A stretch of DNA of 64,000 bases, taken from IMG/VR virus record IMGVR_UViG_3300042988_001200; one strand, given 5' to 3'. Below, piece after piece: positions 18,075-29,000 of the stretch (the stretch's first letter is position 1; each line of letters begins with the position of its first letter). Below the pieces are notes generated by a model. The model had not been told where the DNA came from. It made no database searches and was given only the letters and a program-made list of their open reading frames with translations. The DNA is from a virus. Its lineage: Duplodnaviria; Caudoviricetes. The position numbers were made by a program, and so were the translations under genes.

Positions 18075-20081
18075 ATGAAACAATATAATCCAAATTGTTC
18101 AGTACCTGCTGCTGCCATTACATATGCTGGTGGGTTAACAGGTAATCAACCTATACTCTTTACCACTCAATACGGGCATGTAGATACAGGAGTTGGTCCT
18201 AGTGGTACAAAGGAGGATAAGTATGCAGATAGACCCCTAGAATGGGCTATTAACTATATAAAGGTTACTATAGTAAGGGACTGGAGTAGTTCTATAGCTA
18301 ATATCATGTTAACTTCTAGTATCCCCTCTAACCTATGTGATTGTCCTCCATTACCTAATCTATCTAAGATAAGAGGTGGTAACTACCCTTATCTAACAGT
18401 AGAGGATGAAATACGTATATACATGGGTTTTATAGGGGCAGTAGGTCAACCTATAACGGCTGATATGTTAGATGAGATACCAGTAGACCTATGTCCAGAG
18501 GGAGTGGAATGTGGGATACCTAGTGGTGAATCCTTTAAGCAAGACCCTAATAAACCCTTATGTCCTGTATTCTGGGGCTTTATAGATAACATCTCAGTAT
18601 CCGCTGATATTAAGTCTGGATATAGAGTTCTTATTCAATGTAGAGATAGAACCAGGGTCTTTAGTGATACTAAGATAATCTCTATCCCAGCTCTCTCAGG
18701 TAGAAGTAGAAACCTAACAGATAAAGGGGTTAAGACAGGTTTAGCTGATGGTAGAAGAGAGGACATTCTTATACAAGTAGCTAGAGCTGCTACTGGTAGA
18801 CTATTTGACTCTACTGGTAATGTTCTATATCAATCTACTAGTAAGGATGGTAAATCAGATACATGTTGGAAACCTGTAATAGGGGGTTCTGATTTATTAG
18901 AGGAGAATAAGTATCAGCCAGGGTGGGGGGAGTCAGGAGTTCAGTACAAGCCTTCAGAGTTAGGGGTTATGAGGTATACAGGGTTTGAGGGGGATGTAGT
19001 AAGTGGGTTAACTAGAGTATCTCCACCAGAGGACCCAGCTTTATGGATAAGAGAGGCTATGTTTAAGATTATGCTTCCTTATTCAGAGCCTAGGTTCCAT
19101 ATGTGGGTACAGAGACCTCCCTTAGTAGCAGTGGCAGGAGCTGCTGTATTTCAGATAAAGGAAAAAACCCCCATAGAAGTAATGACCTTTCTAGCTAATT
19201 CAGAGGAGAGACCTACTGACTTCTATGCTTCTCATGTTAATGGGGATTTTATATTTGCACCTAGGATGTTAGATACTAGTGGATTCTATGACCCTAATAG
19301 ATTCTATAGAACCTATTTCTATAATAGTTACCCCAGGACTTTATCTAGTAATCCCCCCTCCCCTAATCAGATGATAATAAGCATGAGGTCTGTAACTTCA
19401 TCTCTAGCAGCCTTTAATAGATATGTTCTTATAGATGCTACTACAGAAGGAGCTTCTAATGCTTTCCTAGATAAGCTAGTTCTATCAATGGAAACTACCC
19501 CTTGGTCTTTAGATGATAGAGATGTTAAACCTCCTTGTAGAGTTCAGATTATCTATGATGGTAATTTAACAGCTTATGGTAATGAGGACTATCAACAAGC
19601 GGGTGCAGCTATTACTGTAGCTCTATCTCATGCTAGAACTTGGTCTAAGGAGTTACAGGGTATACAAATAACTATAATGGGAGACCCCACTCTATATCCT
19701 AATGAAGCTATAAGAGTTTATAATACAGTTCTCCATGATTATGCTACTAGCTTTAATCCTGGTACAGTAGAGAGTCAACAAGTAGCTGTAGATAATTTAG
19801 CTAGAGTAGAGAGCTTGTTTAATGATGAGGAGTTTGTTAAGAAGGTTATGACTCTTTCCTCTAATAAGAAATATAAACTAGATAACTTTGATAGTCAACA
19901 GGCTAAGACCTTAAAGGATGAGGCTAATGCCCTTTTTAATAGTCATATGATTCAATCTAATAAAGACCCAGATAACCTTATTCTACCTGTCTATAAGATA
20001 AGGTCTGTACAACATACTCTATCAGTAACAGGTAACTCCCCAGGCTTCTTTACTAAATTAGAATGTATAGGGGATTATTGA
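18075..20081 (+). CDS. Baseplate hub protein (gp27/gpD-like)
   Basis: 'FWGFIDNISV...YRVLIQCRDR' and 'QITIMGDPTLYPNEAIRV...YKIRSVQHTL...FFTKLEC' hub-type motifs. Confidence 0.7.
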   Translation: MKQYNPNCSVPAAAITYAGGLTGNQPILFTTQYGHVDTGVGPSGTKEDKYADRPLEWAINYIKVTIVRDWSSSIANIMLTSSIPSNLCDCPPLPNLSKIRGGNYPYLTVEDEIRIYMGFIGAVGQPITADMLDEIPVDLCPEGVECGIPSGESFKQDPNKPLCPVFWGFIDNISVSADIKSGYRVLIQCRDRTRVFSDTKIISIPALSGRSRNLTDKGVKTGLADGRREDILIQVARAATGRLFDSTGNVLYQSTSKDGKSDTCWKPVIGGSDLLEENKYQPGWGESGVQYKPSELGVMRYTGFEGDVVSGLTRVSPPEDPALWIREAMFKIMLPYSEPRFHMWVQRPPLVAVAGAAVFQIKEKTPIEVMTFLANSEERPTDFYASHVNGDFIFAPRMLDTSGFYDPNRFYRTYFYNSYPRTLSSNPPSPNQMIISMRSVTSSLAAFNRYVLIDATTEGASNAFLDKLVLSMETTPWSLDDRDVKPPCRVQIIYDGNLTAYGNEDYQQAGAAITVALSHARTWSKELQGIQITIMGDPTLYPNEAIRVYNTVLHDYATSFNPGTVESQQVAVDNLARVESLFNDEEFVKKVMTLSSNKKYKLDNFDSQQAKTLKDEANALFNSHMIQSNKDPDNLILPVYKIRSVQHTLSVTGNSPGFFTKLECIGDY

Positions 20082-20113
20082 TAGTATATAAAGGATATAT
20101 ATAAATAATAATT

Positions 20114-22750
20114 ATGTATAACGATGATGGAGAGTTAGGAAGAAGAAGGCAGTATAACAATAGGATGGAGAGTTCTACTAAAGCTGTAAGGGGTAACTTT
20201 GAGATTCTATATGGGAAGATAGTGGGACTTATAGGCGCTGAGAGTTATGAACATAAAGGGTTTAACTATCAAGTAGAGCTTATAGATACAGGACAGTATA
20301 TTTTATGTAGAAGGTTACTACCCTATGCTTCATATGAGGGAGTAGGAGTTTATCATCCAATGGAGGTAGGAGACCCTGTAGTAGTAGCTGTTAAGAATGG
20401 GGTTATGAGAGATGGGTTGATACTAGGCTCTTTTTTTACAGAAGGTAACTACGAAGAGTTCTATGTAGATGGATTAGGTGGAGAACCCACTCAATATAAT
20501 CAGGGGACTCTAAGACAGATGGAGAATAATGCTCCTAGTGTTCATCCTAATAGAGTGGCTCAGCCAGACTCCTTCTTTCATATAGTAGGGGGAAAGAATG
20601 TATTAGAGGCATTCCATGACCCCTCTCTTACTGATGGAAGTATAGATAAAAGGGCTCTTAAAAGGAATCAACCTGTATCCATAGAACTAAAGAATAGATT
20701 AGGAGACTGGTCTCAATGGGTTTCTGGGGATGCTATTATCTACTCAGACCAGGCTATTATTCTTGCTTCTAGTATGAGTGGAGCTTCTATTTGTAAGAAG
20801 CAAAAGGAGATGGTAGAGTATTATGAACAAATGGCTAAGGACTTAGAATCCTATCTATCCGATAGTAGGTCCTATTCCCCTATTGATTTATCTCAGGGGG
20901 TAACAGGTTTAATATCTGTTACTACAGAGGGGAATATTCCTTTAACAAGTGAGTTAGATGAGGATAAGAGGGTAAAGATTAATAAATCAAAGGAGCATAG
21001 GTTAAGAAGATATATAAATGGGTATGAGAATCCAGACTTTCTACAATGGGCCCCTTTTATTGAATATCATTTAGTAGAGATAAAGAGGTTAGCAGAGGAG
21101 GCTAGAAAGGGGTTAACTAATTGTAAGGAGAGTGAGTATTTAGTTAATAGAGAAACAGAGGTTAGTAAAGAAATAAATAAAGAACTACCCTCTAATGACC
21201 AATGTCAGGTTCTATCAGATAATGGTGCAATAGATGATAAGTATATAGAGTCATTAGCTGAGCATTCTATATGTAAGAAAGGGAATACTAAACACTATCC
21301 TTATGTAAAGTGGAAGGCTAATAAAGAAGACTTAGTTAAGTTAGATAGTCTAGCTATTAAGGGTAAAGAAGAAAGGTTAATTCATAAGGATATAGTTACT
21401 CCTTTAAAAGAACTCTTTGATAAAGCTAAGAAAGTTGGTATTAATCTAGCAGCTACTTCTAGTTATAGAGATGAAGATACTTTAGAAGATTCAAATAAAA
21501 GAACTTGTACAGACCTTGATGAGACCTCTATCAAATCAGTTGCCCCTTATACTCATAGTGAGCATATAACTGGTTATGCTCTGGATATTGTAGATAGAGA
21601 TGATGCAAGTACCCATTCCTTAGATAGTAAGGTAAATAGTAAAGCCTGGGAGTGGTTAGGTAAGAACTTAAAGGATTCGGACTTTGAGTTGTCATTCCCT
21701 AAAGATAATAAACAGGGAGTAAACTATGAACCTTGGCATATTAGATATATAGGAGATAAGCTCCCTAAGTTCTTAGCAGTAATGTTTGCCTATACAAGGG
21801 GTAACACTGATTTAATTAAGGAGTTAGTAGGTAAGTTATGTAAAGATAGACCCCCAGAGTCTAACTCTAATACTAATAAAGGGAAAGATAGAAGTGATTT
21901 AGATATTGATTTACTTATAGATAAGGTCACTAAGGCTAATCCTACTCTAGTCTCTGATAAGACTGGGATTCATTCTTTTGGAGTAATAGGTAAAAAGACT
22001 TTTTTATCTAAGAAAGCTAAAGAGAGTATAGGTCCAGCATCTATTATTAAGTTGAATATAGCTCTAGCCTTTGATAGTTTGATGAAAGGAACTCCTTTAA
22101 CTCAATTAAAAAGAAAGTTTGATATAAGTAAATTTCCCATTGAGGTTATAGCTGAGGGAGACTCTTTTAATGGTAGGTCTGTATTCCTTTTAGAGAATCT
22201 AGTAGAAGCTATGTTAAAAGATAGTTCTAATACTGCAACTAATATTCTTTTTCTTTTATTAGGGGAAAGAGATGATGGTAGGGGTAACTCTGTATTTAAT
22301 AGAGATAAGTCTAATGAAACTCTAAAGGGAACTAGTCCTTCTACTGAGTTTAATAGGTTATTATCTTCTACTAGTGAAGCCGAAAAAGCTAAGGATACTA
22401 CCAATAAATCTACAACGGAGGATGCCCTTAATGCTATGTATAAACTAGCTATATCTAATGTTCCATTAACTAAGGAGATTAGTATTCCCGCATTAGGGGA
22501 AGCCGAGAGACCTTCTGGATTACAGAAAGTAGAGCTTAATAAGATAGGTTGGAATAGTTATGCTAGTGGTAATGTTTGTTTATATAAAGGTAAGAAAGGA
22601 AGGTTTGTTATAGGTGGATTTACTAACTATGACCCATCTAAAGAAACAGACTATGACTTAAAACTATTAACTCAGGCTTCTAATTTAGCTATTAAAGCTC
22701 TAGAAAGTGGTATTGAATATATAGAACAAATGGAGATAGAGGGATTTTAA
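20114..22750 (+). CDS. Baseplate spike-like protein (gp5/gpV OB-fold) fused to M15B (VanY-like) peptidase and class A beta-lactamase/PBP-A-like domain
   Basis: N-terminal 'YGKIVG...HPMEVGDPVVVA..NG...GLILGSFF'; SEHITGYALD (21557-21586) and EPWH (21728-21739); SIIK (22040-22051), SSN (22223-22231), KIG (22541-22549). Confidence 0.8.
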   Translation: MYNDDGELGRRRQYNNRMESSTKAVRGNFEILYGKIVGLIGAESYEHKGFNYQVELIDTGQYILCRRLLPYASYEGVGVYHPMEVGDPVVVAVKNGVMRDGLILGSFFTEGNYEEFYVDGLGGEPTQYNQGTLRQMENNAPSVHPNRVAQPDSFFHIVGGKNVLEAFHDPSLTDGSIDKRALKRNQPVSIELKNRLGDWSQWVSGDAIIYSDQAIILASSMSGASICKKQKEMVEYYEQMAKDLESYLSDSRSYSPIDLSQGVTGLISVTTEGNIPLTSELDEDKRVKINKSKEHRLRRYINGYENPDFLQWAPFIEYHLVEIKRLAEEARKGLTNCKESEYLVNRETEVSKEINKELPSNDQCQVLSDNGAIDDKYIESLAEHSICKKGNTKHYPYVKWKANKEDLVKLDSLAIKGKEERLIHKDIVTPLKELFDKAKKVGINLAATSSYRDEDTLEDSNKRTCTDLDETSIKSVAPYTHSEHITGYALDIVDRDDASTHSLDSKVNSKAWEWLGKNLKDSDFELSFPKDNKQGVNYEPWHIRYIGDKLPKFLAVMFAYTRGNTDLIKELVGKLCKDRPPESNSNTNKGKDRSDLDIDLLIDKVTKANPTLVSDKTGIHSFGVIGKKTFLSKKAKESIGPASIIKLNIALAFDSLMKGTPLTQLKRKFDISKFPIEVIAEGDSFNGRSVFLLENLVEAMLKDSSNTATNILFLLLGERDDGRGNSVFNRDKSNETLKGTSPSTEFNRLLSSTSEAEKAKDTTNKSTTEDALNAMYKLAISNVPLTKEISIPALGEAERPSGLQKVELNKIGWNSYASGNVCLYKGKKGRFVIGGFTNYDPSKETDYDLKLLTQASNLAIKALESGIEYIEQMEIEGF

Positions 22751-22752
22751 TT

Positions 22753-23220
22753 ATGAAATATAAACTATTAGTTGTTATACATGAGTCTTTAATAACCTTT
22801 GAAGAAGTGTTAGAACTAGTGCAAAGTTCTAATATTCAGGGGACATATCATTCATTTATTAGAAGAGATGGAGAGATTATTTATTTAGAGGAGTCTACTA
22901 AGAATGTAAATGCAGCTATGGAATCTTCTTTTAATGGAGAAGAAATACTAGGTTCAGTAGACCCCTTTGCTTATCATATATGTCTAGAAAGTCCTATTAA
23001 CTGTCCTATTAAAGCAAGAGAACATCTAGGATATACAGACCAACAGTATTACTCATTAGCCTGGTTGATAGCTAGTTTAAATCCAGAATCTAATAGGATA
23101 GTTAAACATAAGGATATAGACACTTCTGGAACTATTTATGATCCTAGGAGTTTAGATATTTTAAGGGTTAAGTCTGATATACCCAAGTTCCTAGCTCATG
23201 TTAAACCTATTACTATATAG
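22753..23220 (+). CDS. N-acetylmuramoyl-L-alanine amidase (Amidase_2, cyanobacterial-type)
   Basis: 'VVIHES', 'YHSFIRRDGEI', 'FAYHICLESP', 'GYTDQQYYSLAWL', 'IVKHKDID'. Confidence 0.75.
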   Translation: MKYKLLVVIHESLITFEEVLELVQSSNIQGTYHSFIRRDGEIIYLEESTKNVNAAMESSFNGEEILGSVDPFAYHICLESPINCPIKAREHLGYTDQQYYSLAWLIASLNPESNRIVKHKDIDTSGTIYDPRSLDILRVKSDIPKFLAHVKPITI

Positions 23221-23222
23221 AT

Positions 23223-24443
23223 ATGAATGTATTTGAAAAGTATAATGCTCTTAGAAGTAATAAATATGTAATAGCTGTACTAAATCTAATATCTTATTAT
23301 GAATCGGGAGGGTATGGTCATAAGGGATTAGAACAGTATCAAGTGTCATGGGGTGGAGTGTTAGTAGATTTAAAGGCTAATGCTCCTAAACACCCTTGGC
23401 CTGGGGGTGGATGTGCTGAGAGTACAGCTCTACCTAGAGCTGTAGGTAGATATCAATTCTGTGGATATGTATGGGATGAGATATTAACTTATCAGGGATT
23501 AGAGAATCTAGATTTTAGTAATCCAGTACACCAGGATGTAGCTGCTATAGCAAGAATGGATGTGTTTAGAAAGAAACTAGACTTAGTTCTAGAAGGTAAA
23601 ATGCTAGAGGCTATTATAGGTACTGATGTAGAAGCAGATGGTCTATCTTGGGAATGGGCAGGTCTACCTCCTGGTAGGTATAGGGAGAATAGAAATGTAC
23701 CAATAGAACCTGCTGAGAGAATGCTAGCTGAGTTCTTAACATCTAAGTTACCCTCTGATGGGGGTGATGGCACTTATAAAGGGGGAGGTTCCTCTAGTAA
23801 TGGAACTAATACAAGTATTAGTTCGGATGGTTTATCTATTTCTACAGGTCCCTCTTCTATCCTAGGATTTAATATAGAAACAATAAGGAGTGAGCTATGT
23901 TATTCTATGAGATTCTGTAAGGTACTAGGAGGATTTGTTCCTACTAAAGCAGAAAGGATTCTAGGAGGCAATCCCTCTTTGAATGGTTCTTTAACAGTTT
24001 TTTCTCCAGGTTCTAATACTGGTTCTACTCCAGGGAAAATGGGTAAGTTTACTCCCAAAGAAGGTTTTATTAATCCTTGTCCTTCTATAGCTATGAATAG
24101 TCCTTTTGGTTGGAGATGGGGAAGAATGCACTGGGGTCTAGACTTTGCAGGGCCTATAGGTACAGATATAATGGCTTCTGCTGATGGTGTGGTGGATGAA
24201 GCTGGATGGAATGATGGGGGTTATGGTAATTGGGTTATTATTGTTCATCAAGATAGTCCTAGAACTGAGACTCTGTATGGTCATATGGACACTACGCCTT
24301 TTGTTAAAAAGGGAGACAAGGTTAAACAAGGTCAGGTTATAGGACCTATGGGTACTACTGGGTTTAGTACAGGACCTCATCTTCATTTTGAAATAAAACT
24401 AAATGGTGAGAAAGTAGACCCAGCCCCTCTTATTGGTTTATAG
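23223..24443 (+). CDS. Lambda-type lysozyme + M23 peptidase fusion
   Basis: 'ISYYESG...AVGRYQF...W...DFS...QDVAA' at N-terminus; HWGLD, 'GGYGN' and 'STGPHLHFE' M23 motifs. Confidence 0.88.
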   Translation: MNVFEKYNALRSNKYVIAVLNLISYYESGGYGHKGLEQYQVSWGGVLVDLKANAPKHPWPGGGCAESTALPRAVGRYQFCGYVWDEILTYQGLENLDFSNPVHQDVAAIARMDVFRKKLDLVLEGKMLEAIIGTDVEADGLSWEWAGLPPGRYRENRNVPIEPAERMLAEFLTSKLPSDGGDGTYKGGGSSSNGTNTSISSDGLSISTGPSSILGFNIETIRSELCYSMRFCKVLGGFVPTKAERILGGNPSLNGSLTVFSPGSNTGSTPGKMGKFTPKEGFINPCPSIAMNSPFGWRWGRMHWGLDFAGPIGTDIMASADGVVDEAGWNDGGYGNWVIIVHQDSPRTETLYGHMDTTPFVKKGDKVKQGQVIGPMGTTGFSTGPHLHFEIKLNGEKVDPAPLIGL

Positions 24444-24445
24444 AT

Positions 24446-25015
24446 ATGAAAGAACTTATATTTAAAGAACTTAATTCATCTAGACATTTCTCTACTAGAC
24501 ATATAGATTTCTTATCTCTTCTCCTAGATTCTTCCTATACAAAGGAAGATAAAGAGTTACAAGATGCAAGGTCCTATATCTATATCCTTCTAAATTTAAA
24601 ACCAATAGAAGTTCTTATAGTCTCATATCTAATAGAGAAACAGGATATATTCTACTCTAAATCTAACTCTCTAAACTCTAAATCTATATCTAATCCTATA
24701 TCTAGTATTAGTATTCTTAATGCTATCTTCCTAATTCATAATCAGAAGTTATCTAGTGAGTATATAAGATTAGTTATGTTAGAGGGTTTAACTCTCTCTA
24801 AAGAGTTAGAGATATATGGATATAGAGTTAAGATTCCTTCTATATCTAATTGGAATGGAGGGACTTTCTATAGAGTTATGAGTGATTTAGGTATAGATTA
24901 TGAAGGTAAGAGTAAGATAGATAGTCTAGATTTTATATTAAGAAGGCTAGAATATGAAGAGAAGATTATAAATAATGCTTTAGTTATATATGAAAGATTT
25001 AGAAAATATAGATAA
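24446..25015 (+). CDS. Hypothetical protein
   Basis: ORF packed tightly in operon. Confidence 0.55.
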   Translation: MKELIFKELNSSRHFSTRHIDFLSLLLDSSYTKEDKELQDARSYIYILLNLKPIEVLIVSYLIEKQDIFYSKSNSLNSKSISNPISSISILNAIFLIHNQKLSSEYIRLVMLEGLTLSKELEIYGYRVKIPSISNWNGGTFYRVMSDLGIDYEGKSKIDSLDFILRRLEYEEKIINNALVIYERFRKYR

Positions 25016-26090
25016 TAATCTATTAGATAAAGAGCTTTTATCTAGAAGAAAGATTAGTTTTTTATATAAAAGATTAGAGGATATTAACAGAATTCATATA
25101 AAGGATACTAATTATCTAGCTACTTCAGATAGATATATATCTATAATTGAGTCATTAGCCATTAGTTTATTAACTATTCCCTGGGATAGAGATGCTAAAT
25201 CTAGAGAGATAACTAGAGCTTCCTCTATTATTCATATGGATTATTTTATTAATAATGACTATTTAGATTTTATTCATAGTAGAAAGATAAACCCTTGGAT
25301 AGGTAAACCTGGAACTTTATTAGGAGAACTACTACTAATGGATAATCTAAATAGCTATCTTAGTATTCACCAAATGTTAGATAAGTGTGTTACCCAGGCT
25401 CTTATTCGTAATAATCTTCAATGGTTTATTAATAGAAAGCTAGATGAAGCTATAGAGGATGAATTATATACAAACATAGAGATTAGATTACAAGTCTTAA
25501 CTAACCAATCCAGATTTATTAAAAGGCTTTCTCAATGGACTCAATCTATTAATTCACTAGATACAAGTAATAAATCCAGTGAGTTAGATGTCATATTACA
25601 GGATATAAAACTCATTCTTTATAGAAATGGATACCAGTATATAGAGGAAGTAGAGAGTGAATCTATATTATTTCTAGACCATTCTTATAATCTTGGACAA
25701 CTTATTAGTGAATTAATAGATAAAAGAAGGAGTATTTCCCTAGGTTTTAATCAACCTTCTAATACTAAAGAGGAGGCTATTATGTTCTTTTTAGAGATAG
25801 TATCTCCATCAATGGATAGATTAATAGTTCAAAAGATAGTAGATGAAGTTAAATCCTTCTTTCTACCAGGAGGTATTGATTATTACTTAGTAGTAATGTC
25901 TGCTCTATATCTGTCTAGAGCTCTAAGTCTATCTATATATACCTCTGATATAAAGAATATTAAGTTTAATTTATATCTAGCTGGCTATCTATTAAGAAAA
26001 AGTAATATAAGAAGTTTAAATATTCTAGGTAATAACTGTTGTTATAGCTCTAGTTTAAAAGATAAAGAACCTATTAGAATACCTCTATGA
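24990..26090 (+). CDS. Hypothetical protein (helical)
   Basis: ORF overlapping neighbours in operon. Confidence 0.55.
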   Translation: MKDLENIDNNLLDKELLSRRKISFLYKRLEDINRIHIKDTNYLATSDRYISIIESLAISLLTIPWDRDAKSREITRASSIIHMDYFINNDYLDFIHSRKINPWIGKPGTLLGELLLMDNLNSYLSIHQMLDKCVTQALIRNNLQWFINRKLDEAIEDELYTNIEIRLQVLTNQSRFIKRLSQWTQSINSLDTSNKSSELDVILQDIKLILYRNGYQYIEEVESESILFLDHSYNLGQLISELIDKRRSISLGFNQPSNTKEEAIMFFLEIVSPSMDRLIVQKIVDEVKSFFLPGGIDYYLVVMSALYLSRALSLSIYTSDIKNIKFNLYLAGYLLRKSNIRSLNILGNNCCYSSSLKDKEPIRIPL

Positions 26091-29000
26091 CCACTCCAAA
26101 ACCCACAGAGACTAATAAAGAAGTAGCTCCTAAAGAAGTAGCTAAAGATACAGATAAGACTTTAAAAGAAGAGAAGGCTAATACTGATAAGGAAACAGAT
26201 AAAGCAGAGGAGACAGTAGAAAGTAGTAATACTAAGAAGAGAAAACTATTACCAGCTAATATCCTTACAGAGCCTAGGTTATTAATGAATGGGGGTACTC
26301 CTCAGACAGAGACTCTTAATGTAGTAGAGGAGGTTACTGTTAAGGTACAACAAACAGCAGAGGCTAAGGCTAAGGCTGCTAGTAAAGTGTCAAAGGAGAA
26401 GAGTTTTCCATCCCAATTAGGTACAACTCTAATTGAGATGACTAAGAGTTTATTTAACTATCAAAGGTTATTTACTTATGAACCTAATATAGAGAAACTT
26501 AATCAGGCTGCCCTTAATACTAATGAGGGTAATACCACATCTATAGTCTCTAATAAGGGTATACAGATATCATCAGCCTCGTCCTTGGATTTGTCTAGTC
26601 TTACAGCTAGTTCTGTCCATGCTCCAATGGTTATAACCAATAGCTCTACTACCTATAATAAAAGTGAGGCTTTCTACTCTCTAGGTAATACTAATCAGAG
26701 TAGATATGAGCTGTCATATAACCAGAGTAATAAGTTTATTAATACAGGTAAACATAATCTAGATATATTCTCTCTATCAGAAGATAAGAGTCGAAACAAG
26801 ATTCTAGAAGCTACTATTGATTATAGTGAGACCTCCCCCTCTATATCTAGATATTCATCTACTGATAACACCCTAACAGATAATCATAAGTTACAGGTAG
26901 CAGAGGACTCTTTATATCAAACTCAGACAGGCTCTATAGTTATAGCTAATGGAAGACCTATAGCTGATAACATTCCCTCCCTTTTATCTTTTCCTATTAC
27001 TGGTATTAACCCTAATCAAAGTCTTATGGTTATAGGAGAGGGTACTATAACTACTAACTCCTCTAAACAAATAAAGAATACTGTACCTAGAATGACCTCT
27101 GTAGGTAAGTTTATAGAGAATATAGCTAAGGATAAGGCTGTGACTCTTACAGACCTACATAATGTATATTCTGACACCTCTGTTATTCTAGGGAATAAGG
27201 GATTTATATCTGGTACTACTCTTAAATCAGCTACCACTCTTATAGGTAAATTCACCTTCTTGGGAGGATTTCTAAGTGCTGTCTATACAGGTAAATCTCT
27301 TATATCTATTGCTAAGAACGTTTTATCTAAAGTAGAAATACCTATTAAACTCCCTATTCCCCCTTTACCATCTAAGCCTAAAGGATATGACTCTAAGGAT
27401 ATAGATGATTGTATTCCTAAAAGTCAGAAAGAAGAGGATGAGATTGTAGAGGATTATCATAATCAACCTATAGACCCTACTCTATACTATGTTCCTTATT
27501 TAGGGGATTTAGAGGAGTATGAAAGTCTAGGAGATACTGTCCCTAAACTCTTTATCCTTAGAAGGAATCTTAGAAGAGTTGATAGAGAAGTAAATAAGGT
27601 AAGTAAAGAGATATTAAAGTATAAGGCTTATAGTTCTCAGTTTAATGAACTAATACAAATAAAGGTAGATTTAGACCTTAGATTTGTAGGGATAATTAAT
27701 AAAATAAGAGCTTTAGAAGCTAAGTTAAGAGCTTTGGGTATAGATACAGAACAGTTTGAGTTTAGTGAGCCTACCCTAGATTCTGTAATTCTCTATGATA
27801 ATAATGATGCTCCTATAGATGCTGGTATAGATACAGAAAGAAGGGTTTCTATACCTCCTAGTAATAGAGAGGATTCTACTACTCCTCTAGAGGAACAACC
27901 TTCTAGGAGTTCTACTACAGGAGATAATTCTAATGAAGAGAGCGAGGACTATCAACAGTATAGAAAGAATAGAGATACTCTTCCTTCCTTGGAACAGGAT
28001 GCTTATAAAAAAGAGAAGGAGTTATCTTCTAATAAATCTACAGGTAATACTGTTCAAGCTAGTGAGGAGAGTGGTTCCTTAAGTAGTTCAGCCTTTACTA
28101 CTAGAACTACTTCTCTAAGATATGAACTTAGTTCTAAGAGGGAGATAAAGGGTATAGAGAGTAGTAAGAAACCATCACTAGCCCCAGGCTCTTATTTAAA
28201 TCTTTTTAGTCAGGATGTAGAAGATACTGATGAAGAGAAGCAAGAAACAGAGAATAACTCTATATCTACTCTAGGGGCCTTTGAGAAACTATCTTTATCT
28301 ATATTTACAAAGGCTGTGGATGAGTTAGATAGCTTAACAGACCTTGATAAACAATTACTAAAAGAGAAAGGAGATGCCATTATTAAAGAGATACAAAGGA
28401 GTAAATCCTTTAAAGGTATAGCTACTGCATTAGGTCTAGATAAGAAATATGATGAGGTTATAGAAGGTCTAGATAAACAATTAACTAATCATATAGGAGC
28501 GGGCTTCCTTTGTTTATTAGATAAAGGTATATCTAAGGCTAAAGGGGCTAGTAATAGATATATTAATAATCTAGAGAGGATACAAGATATTGTAGTAAAT
28601 ATACCTAATAGAGGCGTAGAGTCAGGAGAGGACTTTGGTAGAGACCTATTATTTACTCTTAATAAATCTCAAGACCCTATAGGAGATATTAAGAAAGTGT
28701 TTACTCGTTCTCTTATAAGGAAGTATGGTTTAACCCCTGGTATTAACCCTTCTATTCCAGACCCCTATAGTGGTTTATATAAGACTCAGAAGGCTATAGA
28801 TGGGGATTTAAGGAATATAGAAAGTCTTGTATCTAGTCTAGTAGAGGACATTATTAAGGATAAAGAGGTTGTTATAGAGGCTTATGATGAACATGTTAGA
28901 CCTCTAGTTAAAGATGTAGTAGATACTTATAAAGAAAAAGGGTTTAGTGGTTTAGTCTCTAGAGTTACTCAGGATACAGAAACTAAAGAGTTTATAAAGA

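Noticed and set aside
22040-22549. Antibiotic-resistance beta-lactamase call
   Set aside because: Domain is fused to a spike/M15 protein with SSN/KIG variants and no signal peptide; a peptidoglycan peptidase is more plausible
7318-27255. Antisense ORFs 7318, 9561, 14887, 17785, 22102, 23492, 24138, 27016
   Set aside because: Shadows of well-supported + strand structural genes, favoured by TAG/CTA-biased codon usage
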